Source: a virus
Lineage: Duplodnaviria > Caudoviricetes
IMG/VR virus record: IMGVR_UViG_3300038696_000123
Location: 1 to 58,178 of that record
Length of the DNA stretch: 58,178 nt
Strand: one strand, 5' to 3'
The number at the start of each line of letters is the position of its first letter. The stretch's first letter is position 1. This document shows, piece by piece, positions 8,091 to 17,002 of this stretch. The position numbers were made by a program, and so were the translations under genes. Under the pieces are notes generated by a model. It saw only the letters and a list, made by a program, of their open reading frames with translations, searched no databases and was not told where the DNA came from.

Positions 8091-8386
8091 TGGTTCTGCT
8101 CCCACTTGTATTCAGTTTTCAGGTCATCTCGGGTGAAGCCCGGCCAGCCCTCCAGGGCGCTCTCCGGGACGTCAGTGATCAGGGGCCTCCACTCTGACCA
8201 CAGGATGTCCCAGTCAGATGACGGGAAGCACCCGTGGTAGCACCGGCGCTGAGAGCCGGGCCGGGCCTCCCGGTGCTGGCTCTTCACGTATATGGTGCCC
8301 AAGGGGACCTCGGGGGCTGGCTCCACCGGCCTCTCAGGCCGGTTCCTCCGGCCCTCTGCCTTGCACCATTCGTCAAGTGCGCTCAT
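8087..8386 (-). CDS. Hypothetical protein
   Basis: ATGA-coupled ORF. Confidence 0.6.
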   Translation of the reverse strand: MSALDEWCKAEGRRNRPERPVEPAPEVPLGTIYVKSQHREARPGSQRRCYHGCFPSSDWDILWSEWRPLITDVPESALEGWPGFTRDDLKTEYKWEQNQ

Positions 8387-8700
8387 GATGCTGTCCCCTC
8401 TGCTATCTCACGGATGCGACCCACGGCAGCCCGGAACTTTTCTTCAAACCACTTGTCCCCGGGCTCCAGGGTCCAGTCCACATCCAGGTCGATGACCTGT
8501 TGGGCCACCGCCTTGGCGTCCTCCAGCCTCGGGCGCTGGAGCTTGTAGTACACTTCCACGCCACCAGACAAGTGGTACACGCCCCAGACCTTGCCGATGC
8601 GGGACACCCCCACGCCGTCCTTGACGTAGGCAGGCACCGTCCTGTCCCCGTACAGTTTGTTGCGTATGGTCAAGTCACCCTTCTTGAAGCCAGTCGTCAT
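8383..8700 (-). CDS. Hypothetical protein
   Basis: ATGA-coupled ORF. Confidence 0.65.
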   Translation of the reverse strand: MTTGFKKGDLTIRNKLYGDRTVPAYVKDGVGVSRIGKVWGVYHLSGGVEVYYKLQRPRLEDAKAVAQQVIDLDVDWTLEPGDKWFEEKFRAAVGRIREIAEGTAS

Positions 8701-8822
8701 TGTATCACCTCATAGCATTCGGAGGGCGTCAGGCCCTCGCAGGAGGGGGTGGTTGCCCAGAGGGCTCCCACGAGGAGGGCGGACGCCAGAGCGCCTGCCC
8801 AGAGGAGTTGCCGCAGGGTCAT
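8697..8822 (-). CDS. Small membrane-anchored peptide (41 aa)
   Basis: Hand translation MTLRQLLWAGALASALLVGALWATTPSCEGLTPSECYEVIQ; ATGA overlaps at both ends. Confidence 0.6.
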   Translation of the reverse strand: MTLRQLLWAGALASALLVGALWATTPSCEGLTPSECYEVIQ

Positions 8823-9406
8823 GCTTGGGCACTCCCCTGGAAGCGGATGAGCGGGTCATGCGGCTCCAGCTCCCCGCGGAGGTGCTCCACGTGCCCGTCC
8901 CAACCCAGGGACCACGCCACCTCGCCCCGGTACACGTGGAGGGTCAGCTCACCCTCCCCGAGGTCGATGATCACCAGCTCCCCCGTCTCACCGTCCTCCC
9001 AGCAGAGGGCCTGGGGACCGGCCCCGGCGTACATGTCGAGCAGCCAGCCGGTGAGCGGTTTGAAGTACCCCCGCACCAGAGCCCGGCGGATGTCCTCCAA
9101 GGTGGTCTGGGGGTCCGGGATGCCGGGGCAGGTCTCAATGACCTCCTCCACCGGGCCGGTGTCCCTCCAGGCTGCCCAGAGCTCAATGAACTGCCCGCCC
9201 CCGGTGAGGCGGGAGGAGGGCCGGGCGGGGTCCTCCACCACGGGCACCCACATGTCCCAGGTGCGGCTGCCGCCCTCGCCCCACATGAAGCGGATGTTGC
9301 GGCCCACGGCCTCCGCCGGTGGCGTCCCGTCCACGCAGAGCGCCGGGTTCTCGGTGACCTGTTGGGTGAAGATGTTGCGCTTGAATATGATGTACATATC
9401 TCTCAC
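8819..9406 (-). CDS. Hypothetical protein
   Basis: 195-aa ORF coupled to neighbours. Confidence 0.6.
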   Translation of the reverse strand: MRDMYIIFKRNIFTQQVTENPALCVDGTPPAEAVGRNIRFMWGEGGSRTWDMWVPVVEDPARPSSRLTGGGQFIELWAAWRDTGPVEEVIETCPGIPDPQTTLEDIRRALVRGYFKPLTGWLLDMYAGAGPQALCWEDGETGELVIIDLGEGELTLHVYRGEVAWSLGWDGHVEHLRGELEPHDPLIRFQGSAQA

Positions 9407-9597
9407 TCCTTCCAGCAGCGGCTGGCGGGTTGGGTGACCTGGTGGCGGTCCCCCGTCATGCTGTCGTACACTGACAACACGAGGTAGGTTCCCCGGATGT
9501 CAACGAGGCGTCCCGATTGTTCGATGTCATTCTTGAAGCCGATGAAGTCACCGATGGCGACTGTCTGGCCCTCAACTGTAGCTGTCTTGGTGGTCAT
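9403..9597 (-). CDS. Small hypothetical protein (SH3-like beta pattern)
   Basis: First gene after promoter cassette copy 2. Confidence 0.65.
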   Translation of the reverse strand: MTTKTATVEGQTVAIGDFIGFKNDIEQSGRLVDIRGTYLVLSVYDSMTGDRHQVTQPASRCWKE

Positions 9598-9600
9598 GTC

Positions 9601-9691
9601 GTTCTCCATTTCTGCGCCCCGGACCGTCCGGGGATAAGTCCTAACTAACAACGCCCCGGGGATAAGTCAAGCCCCCTCCGGCAACTTTCTT
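9601..9691 (-). promoter_or_regulatory. Repeated promoter/operator/leader cassette, copy 2
   Basis: Nearly identical to 6811-6900. Confidence 0.8.
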
Positions 9692-9702
9692 TCTGTGGTG
9701 GC

Positions 9703-9737
9703 AAAATAAATGCCCCGGCGCTGTCGAGCGCCGGGGC
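9703..9737 (-). terminator. Rho-independent terminator
   Basis: 11-bp stem GCCCCGGCGCT/AGCGCCGGGGC followed on the minus strand by ATTTATTTT. Confidence 0.8.
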
Positions 9738-9834
9738 CAGTCCCCGGGGGGACCTTCAGGCAGGGGCGTGGGGCGCATGGAGCACCCCCCGCCCAACTCC
9801 GCCTTATCCTGTGGTGGCGTCGTGGATAGGCCAA

Positions 9835-10386
9835 TCAGTTGGGGCTGAGCCCCCTTCCCTTGATGTCCCTGTACATGTCCTGTACCCAGAGGGCCTGGGC
9901 GATTGAATCGCTCAGGGCGTTGTGGGCCACCTCGGGCTCCCGCCGGGGCGTGTCTGGGCTCAGCATCTTCATCGTCCTGACGTCCAGCACATTGTAGTAC
10001 TGCCAGGGCGGGTCCAGGCGGCAGCGCCGGAAGGCGTTTTCAATGATTGGTACATCAAACGCTGAGCCGTTGGACCAGACCTTCAGGTTGCGGGAGCCCA
10101 AGGGGGCGCAGAAGTCGATGACCTGGCGGAGGGCATCGCTGAGCTTGGGGGCTGCGCCGGGGGCGGGCAGGGTGGCCCGGGCCTCAGCGCTCTGGTTCAT
10201 CCACCAGTGTACCGTGCTCCAGTCAACCCGGAGCCCGGCCATCATACAGGCGTCGGGGTCCACGTTGATGTTCAGGCCGTCTCCAGCCATCCCCTCCCCG
10301 CTAACCTCAAACGGCACAATGCCGATCTGTATGATGGCAGCGTCACCAGCCGTTGATAGGGTCTCAAGGTCAAGCATCAGGTGCAT
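9835..10386 (-). CDS. DEDDh 3'-5' exonuclease (Rv2179c/DUF5051-like)
   Basis: MLDLETL, WSNGSAFD, DVRT and HNALSD motifs. Confidence 0.85.
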   Translation of the reverse strand: MHLMLDLETLSTAGDAAIIQIGIVPFEVSGEGMAGDGLNINVDPDACMMAGLRVDWSTVHWWMNQSAEARATLPAPGAAPKLSDALRQVIDFCAPLGSRNLKVWSNGSAFDVPIIENAFRRCRLDPPWQYYNVLDVRTMKMLSPDTPRREPEVAHNALSDSIAQALWVQDMYRDIKGRGLSPN

Positions 10387-10654
10387 TGAAGTCCTCCTCT
10401 CTGAGCAGCCCGCGTGCGATGAGCAGGGCCGCAATCGGGTCTTGGTTTCCAACGCCCATCTCCCGGACCAGCCGGGCGATGTCGCTGAGGGTGCTGTCGC
10501 TCTGCTGGAGGGCGTTGAGGCCGTCCGCAAGCTCCCGGGCCTTGTACTCGCTCCGGGTGTCCGCGACCTTGAACCAGCCCCCGCCTATGCGGTGCTGGAT
10601 GACCATCGCCCGGCGCTCCCCCGTCACCACGTAGCTGTAGGACTGGTCAGACAT
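10370..10654 (-). CDS. Hypothetical protein
   Basis: Coupled ORF. Confidence 0.55.
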   Translation of the reverse strand: MSDQSYSYVVTGERRAMVIQHRIGGGWFKVADTRSEYKARELADGLNALQQSDSTLSDIARLVREMGVGNQDPIAALLIARGLLREEDFNAPDA

Positions 10655-11129
10655 CGTACATCACCGCAGCGAGGTCCGGGGGACTGTACAGCTCAGACTT
10701 GAGCACGCGCCCGGAGGGACCGATGACCGGGTTGCCGTCGCCGTCCAGCTTGGACATGTTGGAGCGGTGTATCTCCATGAGGGCAGGCTCCTTGTACTCA
10801 GCCAGCCCGGTCGTCAGGTAGGTCCCGTCAACAACGTAGCTGAGGTCACCCAGGGCGTCCAGGCACTCCACCGGGTCCCGGGAGATGAAGCCAGCTGCCA
10901 GCTCCGCAAGCTCCTCCTGGATGAGCTGGAGGCGGATGAGGAGGACTGAGCCCCCCGCCAGGGCGGAGGCTGCCTTGAGCTCCTCAGCCAGGCGAGCGGC
11001 CTGCTGGTGGTAGATGCCGAGGGCGAGTTGGACCGGCTCATCAGGGATGTGCGGGACCTCCGGTTGGGCAATGCCGAATGCCTGGTGAAACTCGTCAACC
11101 AGGTTCAGCCCGAGGTCTGTGCTGCGCAT
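10647..11129 (-). CDS. MazG-like/all-alpha NTP pyrophosphohydrolase (probable dUTPase or dTTPase role)
   Basis: EFHQAF, IQEELAEL, DALGDLSYV and EIHRSNMSK motifs. Confidence 0.85.
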   Translation of the reverse strand: MRSTDLGLNLVDEFHQAFGIAQPEVPHIPDEPVQLALGIYHQQAARLAEELKAASALAGGSVLLIRLQLIQEELAELAAGFISRDPVECLDALGDLSYVVDGTYLTTGLAEYKEPALMEIHRSNMSKLDGDGNPVIGPSGRVLKSELYSPPDLAAVMYDV

Positions 11130-11470
11130 CAGTGGAGCCCTCCACTGGAGGGAGCTTCAGGGGACTTGCGGCCCAGGAGCTGCCCGAGGAGGTCCCCGAT
11201 GCCGCTGGAGCGCTCGCAGCCGGTCTTGGCAAACGCCACGCCGTGCTCTGAGAGGTAGTCCAGGTCAACGTGACAGCAGTCATCTTTCTCCAGACCCAGC
11301 TCGTGCTTCAGCTCGCCCTGGAGCTTCTCCGCCTGGGCGATGCCTGCTGCGTTGAGGGCGTCCGCCTGGGCCTTCAGCACCCCGATCTGGTCGTTGGTGT
11401 CGCTCAGGGTCTTGTCGATGGCTTGGGCGAGCTCAAGTGCGCGCCCCGCCAGCATCAGTGTCTTGGTCAT
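11129..11470 (-). CDS. Hypothetical coiled-coil protein
   Basis: AGAAATGGAG RBS; promoter at 11519-11548. Confidence 0.65.
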   Translation of the reverse strand: MTKTLMLAGRALELAQAIDKTLSDTNDQIGVLKAQADALNAAGIAQAEKLQGELKHELGLEKDDCCHVDLDYLSEHGVAFAKTGCERSSGIGDLLGQLLGRKSPEAPSSGGLH

Positions 11471-11518
11471 TGTGTGCTCCATTTCTGTTTGGTCCCGGAC
11501 CATCCGGGCCTGCCTGTG

Positions 11519-11548
11519 ATAATATCCCCGGGGCTCCCGGTCAGTCAA
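11519..11548 (-). promoter_or_regulatory. Sigma70-like promoter with the CCCGGATGGTCCGGG leader hairpin downstream
   Basis: TTGACT-N18-TATTAT. Confidence 0.6.
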
Positions 11549-11762
11549 GCGCCCCTAGTTGCCTCAGCATCCTTCTGATGCCCGCCCGAGCGTTCCGTTT
11601 GGATCGCCCGGCATTCTTGTTCTGTGTACAGACGTAGAACTGGGTGACGCCGCCCACGGTGAAGCGGACCTTGGCGTGTATCCCGCCCTGCTCCACTGTG
11701 TAGGGGACACCAGCCTTGTCAAGCTCCCGCTTCACCCAGTCCAGGCCCGTGTCCCTCGCCAT
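11541..11762 (-). CDS. Small basic protein (loosely HicA-like pattern)
   Basis: VEQGGIHAKVRF; basic C-terminus. Confidence 0.55.
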   Translation of the reverse strand: MARDTGLDWVKRELDKAGVPYTVEQGGIHAKVRFTVGGVTQFYVCTQNKNAGRSKRNARAGIRRMLRQLGALD

Positions 11763-14113
11763 CAGAACGGCTCCTTGGGCTCCTCAGCCTCATCCGCGGG
11801 CCACTGGTAGGGTCCTCCAAAGCGGTCATCCCAGTGGGCCCGGGCTGCCTCCAACCCGGTGAGCTCATAGAACCACGCCTTGGACTTCCTGACCCGCTCG
11901 TGGCCGTACTGGTCCTGCTCGCTGACCTCTGCCCAGCGCTGGAAGGTCCGGGGGTACTGCCCAGGGAGCACCCGCTTCAGGAACTTCCCGAGGGCCGTGG
12001 GGGACGCCCGGCGCATGATCTTTTGCCGCTCCGCATAGAGTAGATAGTCACGCTGGAGGTCCGCCTTCATGACCTCGCCCTGCCAACCATCCGCCTCAGA
12101 GAGGGTCCGCCCCTCCATCAGCTTCTCAAACCACCAGTTTTCCTCCGGCCCGAGGCTCAACAGCTTCTGCTCCTGGAGGGCCTCTGTCTTTGGGAACTGG
12201 CGCACATCGAAGCCGGTCAGGTCGCGGGTCATCAGCAGGTGGAGGAGGGCCTCACGGCCCCCGCTGTCCAGCTCCGCCCGGATGGCCTTGAAATAGTCCT
12301 TGTTTTGCATCTGCCTGTCGCCCACGTCCAGGACAAAGAAGCGCCGCTCATCGGTCCCGGCGGGCACCACCCAGTCGCTGTTCGATGCCATCATCAGGTG
12401 GACGTAGTTGGGGGCAGCCTCGGCATCCACACCCTTGCCCTCAATCATGATGGTCTCCTCTGTGACCATGGTCTTGAGGATCGCCTCGTGCTTCTTGTCC
12501 CCAGCATAGAACGCCTCATCACCGAACAGCACAACGCAGTCCCGGAGGTGGGCGTTGAAGCTCCCCACGAGGTGCTTGGAGTCACTGACCTGGAGGAAGT
12601 GGCGGCCCCAGAGGGACCCAAACGCCTTCACAGCGAAGGACTTGCCGGTGCCCATCCGGCCCCGCATGACGATGGCGACCTCACCGGGGCTGTCTGGCTT
12701 CTGGACGGCCCGGGCCATCCAATTCATGTAGTATTCAAAGTGCTGCTCATTCCCGGCGCACACGTTGTCGTGGACGTGCTTCAGGAACAGCTCGCAGGAG
12801 CCCGGCTTGGCCTCGCACGCAAAGCCCCTCCAGAGGTTGAAGGCGTCCGGGACCTCCCGCCCGGGGGCGAACATGATTGTGCGGTACTGACGCCTGTTCT
12901 GGTTCATCAGCCACCACTTGCCCAGGGGCATCTTGACGTCATGCCCGTCCTTGTCCTGTCCCACGACAACCTGGAGGTGCATGTAGCGGTTGCGGAAGTC
13001 CTCAAAGCTCTGGCGGCTGATCCGCTCCCGCTGTAGGGCATAGTCCATGACCTCGCTGATCACCCGGCACCGGCCCCCTATGTCCTCAATCACTGCGTGG
13101 TCCTCGTTGAGCTTGCGCAACCAGGGGTCAATCGCCTCCTCGTGGGCCCTCTGTATCTGTCGGGCAACGTACTGCTGGGGCCGGGGCTGCTCCAGGACGT
13201 GGGCGCTGATCCCGTAGTCAGGGTCAAGCACGCACGCTGCGATCATGTCGTCATCCACCCCCGCCCGTATCATCTCGCACAGGACCGCAAACAGGACCTC
13301 TGAGCGGCTGGGGTACTTGGTTGGGTCATCCGGGTCGTCACCGTTGACGATGAGCATCTTGGTCCGGGGCGTCACCTCCGGGGGCAGATCGTCAAGGCTC
13401 TCCAGCCTCGGGATGTTCCCTGACAGCTTGACCTGCGGCCCTCCCCCACCGCCAGGTCCGGTGGTCTGGACGCGGGGGGCCGGGGTGAACTCCTTGAGGC
13501 TGTAGATGCGGGACCAGTCAGCGTCCACCACCCGGGCGAGCGCCTCCACCCGGCCCTTCTTGCGCTTCTTCTCCCCTGGGACGTTGACAGTGCCCGGGAG
13601 GCGCATGATGCGGTCGATGTTGTGACAGGCGTCCGCCTGGAGGAGGACCTCAACCTGGAGGTTGTACGCCTCCAGCACAGCAGCCTTCTCCTCGCTGCCG
13701 TCTGTGCGCTGCTCCTCGTCAAGCAGCCAGAAGCCCTGGAAGCCCCCGCCGCTGTCGATGATGACGGTGGGCGGTGGCGTGAACTCCCGCAGCATCTTTT
13801 CAGCCCGCTCCCGCTCGCTGTCCAGGGGCTCGCCCGGCCTCGGGTCCACGTCCACGTGTAGCGCAGCCATCCCCCTGATCTCTGTCTTCTTGGGCTTTGA
13901 CTTCGCAGCCTTGATGACTGGATTGACAGTGAAGTAGATGTTCTGCTTGCCCTGCCGCTCCTCCAGCCAGTCCCCCATTGACTTCTGCTCCCCGGCCTGG
14001 AAGGTGACTGTGGTTGTCCGCCCCCCGTCAACCATGATCGAAGTCAGGACCCAGGGACCCTCGGGGGCCCAAGCCTGGAGGAACTGAATTGCCTCTGATG
14101 TGTTTCCCTTCAA
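11762..14113 (-). CDS. Primase-helicase fusion (RepB-like primase N-terminus plus D5/SF3 P-loop domain)
   Basis: HVDVD, IDSGGGFQGFW and RIMRLPGT in the N-terminus; GRMGTGKS Walker A; FGDE Walker B; MASN...ERRF. Confidence 0.88.
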   Translation of the reverse strand: MKGNTSEAIQFLQAWAPEGPWVLTSIMVDGGRTTTVTFQAGEQKSMGDWLEERQGKQNIYFTVNPVIKAAKSKPKKTEIRGMAALHVDVDPRPGEPLDSERERAEKMLREFTPPPTVIIDSGGGFQGFWLLDEEQRTDGSEEKAAVLEAYNLQVEVLLQADACHNIDRIMRLPGTVNVPGEKKRKKGRVEALARVVDADWSRIYSLKEFTPAPRVQTTGPGGGGGPQVKLSGNIPRLESLDDLPPEVTPRTKMLIVNGDDPDDPTKYPSRSEVLFAVLCEMIRAGVDDDMIAACVLDPDYGISAHVLEQPRPQQYVARQIQRAHEEAIDPWLRKLNEDHAVIEDIGGRCRVISEVMDYALQRERISRQSFEDFRNRYMHLQVVVGQDKDGHDVKMPLGKWWLMNQNRRQYRTIMFAPGREVPDAFNLWRGFACEAKPGSCELFLKHVHDNVCAGNEQHFEYYMNWMARAVQKPDSPGEVAIVMRGRMGTGKSFAVKAFGSLWGRHFLQVSDSKHLVGSFNAHLRDCVVLFGDEAFYAGDKKHEAILKTMVTEETIMIEGKGVDAEAAPNYVHLMMASNSDWVVPAGTDERRFFVLDVGDRQMQNKDYFKAIRAELDSGGREALLHLLMTRDLTGFDVRQFPKTEALQEQKLLSLGPEENWWFEKLMEGRTLSEADGWQGEVMKADLQRDYLLYAERQKIMRRASPTALGKFLKRVLPGQYPRTFQRWAEVSEQDQYGHERVRKSKAWFYELTGLEAARAHWDDRFGGPYQWPADEAEEPKEPF

Positions 14114-14814
14114 GTTAAGTCCCCCACTGCATACAATTTTTCAACGGTTTTCTGTTCCCCGCCTTCACGTTTGCGGAGGTCTGTCCGGCTCGGGAACTCA
14201 GCGTGAACCTCCGCCCAGTCCGGTCCCGTGAACTCACTCACGAAGATGAGCGCCCCGTTGTCAGCACCCCGCCGTACCCAATCCCAGAACGCCGCGCTGT
14301 CGAAGGGTCCAGTGGCGTATCCGTTGGTCACGCCCGCATATGGTGGGTCACAGTAGAACACCTGACCTGACTTGGGTTTATAGTCACCGTAAGCGGCGTG
14401 GCAGAAGTTGACGTTGCGGGTTGCCTCCACTTTCCTCAGGAGCGCGTTCCGCCCCTGGAGCGCGTTCCGCCCCTGGAGCGCGAAGTTGCGCCCACTTTCA
14501 CGCGCATAACCTCCCCACCATTTTCCCCCGAACGACATACAATGTCCGCAAAATGCCTCCATTTTGGTCCCGGTCCCTTTGGCAGCATTGTAATCAAATT
14601 CACTAACGTGGGTTGGTGGTTCCCAACCGCACCGCACAGCCGTGATCAGCTTGATCAGGGGCTCTGACGCATCACTAGCGACATCGGGTTGGAGTGACAC
14701 AGTGGCGCTGAGTCCCCCGCAGAAGGGTTCAATGAGCCTCCTGCCCCGGACATGGGGAAGTATAGACCTAGCCAGCTGTTTTGCGATCCTGTGTTTGCCA
14801 CCTACATATCTCAT
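14110..14814 (-). CDS. DNA adenine methyltransferase (Dam/D12-like)
   Basis: YVGGK, EPFCGG and YCDPPY motifs. Confidence 0.88.
   Translation of the reverse strand: MRYVGGKHRIAKQLARSILPHVRGRRLIEPFCGGLSATVSLQPDVASDASEPLIKLITAVRCGWEPPTHVSEFDYNAAKGTGTKMEAFCGHCMSFGGKWWGGYARESGRNFALQGRNALQGRNALLRKVEATRNVNFCHAAYGDYKPKSGQVFYCDPPYAGVTNGYATGPFDSAAFWDWVRRGADNGALIFVSEFTGPDWAEVHAEFPSRTDLRKREGGEQKTVEKLYAVGDLT
14439..14482. repeat. 18-bp in-frame tandem duplication inside the MTase
   Basis: GGAGCGCGTTCCGCCCCT twice plus a partial copy; encodes ALQGRN-ALQGRN. Confidence 0.9.
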
Positions 14815-15239
14815 CAGTCAAGTCTCCCATCTGCCAGGAAGGCCGCAGCCCCGGCGGGTGTCTCACCCCTCCAGACCGCAGCCGCCTCCAGCTCTTGTTT
14901 GTTGGGGGGAGCATCCCGCGTAGCAGCCCAGAGGGTGATCACGTCGCATCCCCGGAAAATCAGCCACTCACGGCCCACCCGGAGGGTAAGCCAGCAGTTG
15001 CCGCCGTTGTGCCACCGCCGGAGGAGCCATGTGCGCTGCTCCGGGGTCGGTGGATGGTTGAGCTGGAGGGGTCCGCCCCGTGGCGGCCACCTGTCGGCGT
15101 GCTTCAGCTCTGTCCAGCCCTCAATGTAGTTGACGTCAGGTGTCCCCGGCAGCGCAGGGTTCTCCACGCGCACCGGGTCCAGCTTCAGCTTCACCATGGG
15201 GGTCCTCAGCACGTCCCACTGCTGCTTCTCACTCGGCAT
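14814..15239 (-). CDS. PD-(D/E)xK nuclease (VRR-NUC/Holliday junction resolvase-like)
   Basis: RVEN...GTPD...WTELK...TPEQRTW. Confidence 0.75.
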   Translation of the reverse strand: MPSEKQQWDVLRTPMVKLKLDPVRVENPALPGTPDVNYIEGWTELKHADRWPPRGGPLQLNHPPTPEQRTWLLRRWHNGGNCWLTLRVGREWLIFRGCDVITLWAATRDAPPNKQELEAAAVWRGETPAGAAAFLADGRLD

Positions 15240-15678
15240 AGGGGGCCTTGCTCACGATGAAGCTCACGTGGTAGAAGCCGTCAGGGTCTGTGGGCCCGAC
15301 AATCCCGGCGTCTGTCTGCGAGGGGTCGCAGGCTATCTCTCCGCCCTGGCAGACCACGGTGTGGTTGACGCCTGTGCGGCTCCGGCCCCCGAGGAGGAAC
15401 GGCAGGCCGGGGTTGGTGTGCTCCATTGACCAGAGTATCTGCTGGAGGTCTGTGGTGCCGTCATACACGAACCAAATCTCCATCAGCCCCCGGGCGTGCA
15501 GCCACTCCTGAACCCGCTCCCGGAACACGCCAGAGCCGCAGTTGTCGTGGAGGAAGTGGGGGACCTCATCCCGGTCCAGCCCGAGGAGGACCGCAATGGC
15601 GGTGCGGTGGCAGTCCCCATACAGCCCCTCCTCTGGGAGGTGCCTGTTGGCCTGCTTCTGTGGGACTATCTTGCGCAT
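15229..15678 (-). CDS. Hypothetical protein with papain-like Cys/His/Asp pattern
   Basis: [12 protein letters not shown]...NHTVV...ACDP. Confidence 0.6.
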   Translation of the reverse strand: MRKIVPQKQANRHLPEEGLYGDCHRTAIAVLLGLDRDEVPHFLHDNCGSGVFRERVQEWLHARGLMEIWFVYDGTTDLQQILWSMEHTNPGLPFLLGGRSRTGVNHTVVCQGGEIACDPSQTDAGIVGPTDPDGFYHVSFIVSKAPYAE

Positions 15679-15902
15679 GGGACCCTCTCAAACTTGAACT
15701 CATCCAGCCGGTCGGTGATGTTCATCTTGTTGGACTGTTCGTATGCCTTGGTGAGCCCCGGGTCGCGGTGGAGCCGGTCAGCCAGCCATATCCGGTTCAG
15801 CTCGCAGGAGCGCCGGAGGTCGTTGCTGTCATCCTCATAGGCAGTGCCCGAGGGGACGTGGGTCACCCGGTAGCGCCCCGGGCCTCTCTCCCGCGTCTCC
15901 AT
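15666..15902 (-). CDS. Hypothetical protein
   Basis: TGATG coupling to the upstream gene. Confidence 0.55.
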   Translation of the reverse strand: METRERGPGRYRVTHVPSGTAYEDDSNDLRRSCELNRIWLADRLHRDPGLTKAYEQSNKMNITDRLDEFKFERVPCAR

Positions 15903-16444
15903 CAGCGGGCCTCCTGGGGGCCTGAAGCCTGGTTACGCCTTTTCATCCCGTCTGATATGGCTTTCCGCCGCCGCTCCCTGACTTCTGGGTCACGCCAACT
16001 CGCTGCCGCCTTCTCAGACATTATCTTAGAAGCCAAAGCCATTCCCTCCTCAATTTTTTTACGTTTGGTGAACCAGAGTTTCACGCCGCACTCTCTCGCC
16101 AGTGCTAGGCGTTCCGGGTCCTTCATTACAACTTTCATGGATATTGATCGCGCTTCTGTTACCTCCGGGACCTCTCCAACCACGCCGTCGCCGCCAGACG
16201 TCAGGTTGAAACCACCCGGGCTGATTGTCCCCAGCTCGGATATCAGCTCAATCTCCCTCCGCAGGCAATCCTCCCGGCTCCCGTGAAATACAACGCGGGG
16301 ACGCCAGCCACGCTTCCTCATAGCCCGGCCCACGCGACTGTCTGCCTTGAGATGCTCTCGGATGCGCTTCAAGAGGTTTCCCGTCACTCCAACGTATCGA
16401 CCGCCACACTGGCCTGTAATGACATAAACGAAACAGGTCATCAA
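15902..16444 (-). mobile_element. Free-standing GIY-YIG homing endonuclease
   Basis: FVYVI...YVGVT...RIREH...EIELI...GFN; basic C-terminal repeats; AT-richer than the genome. Confidence 0.8.
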
Positions 16445-16926
16445 AGCGCCTCCTGCGGTCCTGGCTTCTGATCTTGGTATTTACCAAAATAAGGGTGAAG
16501 CGTTGGTTCATCCAAAACGTGAAAAATTACTTGACAGATGCCCGTCCCTTGCCGGAGCCGGAGGGGCTCTGTCGAGTGGTTGTTGAGCTCCAGGGTCAGC
16601 CACCCCCGCCAGCCCGGCTCAATCACCGTGTTCTGGCAGGCGAGCCCCCGGCGGGCCCAGCTGCTCTTGTCGTGGACCACCCCGAGGAGGTCGTCAGGCA
16701 TCTGAAACTCCTCCATGGTGCTGGCGAGGACAAACTGCCCCGGGTCAAGCCTCCACAGGTTCTCGCCCAGCTGGTAGGCTCCCTTGACCCGGTCCAGCCG
16801 GAGGTCATACCCCGCCGGGCTGCAGCCGTAGGTGAAGCGCTGGCCGTCCGCCTCCACCTCTGTCCGGGGCTGGGGGTTCACCACCGGCCTCCGCCGCATG
16901 ATAGACTGTCCACTCAAGATTGTCAT
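16441..16926 (-). CDS. dcd: dCTP deaminase
   Basis: GYDLRL, KSSWARRGL, IEPGWRGWLTLEL, ICQVIF and GKYQ motifs. Confidence 0.9.
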   Translation of the reverse strand: MTILSGQSIMRRRPVVNPQPRTEVEADGQRFTYGCSPAGYDLRLDRVKGAYQLGENLWRLDPGQFVLASTMEEFQMPDDLLGVVHDKSSWARRGLACQNTVIEPGWRGWLTLELNNHSTEPLRLRQGTGICQVIFHVLDEPTLHPYFGKYQDQKPGPQEAL

Positions 16927-16960
16927 AGTTGTCCTCCATTTCTGCTCCAGGGGAGCCTCC

Positions 16961-16989
16961 AGAATAGCCTCCCGGCACCGCACCGGGAA
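16961..16989 (-). promoter_or_regulatory. Putative sigma70-like promoter
   Basis: TTCCCG-N17-TATTCT upstream of dcd. Confidence 0.4.
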
Positions 16990-17002
16990 GCCGCATCAAT
17001 TG

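Noticed and set aside
11541-11762. HicA toxin-antitoxin module
   Set aside because: Only a loose resemblance, and no HicB-like partner is adjacent.
11762-14113. Integrase (a label I recall for similar genes in related phages)
   Set aside because: The motifs are those of a primase and an SF3 helicase; no tyrosine or serine recombinase signature.
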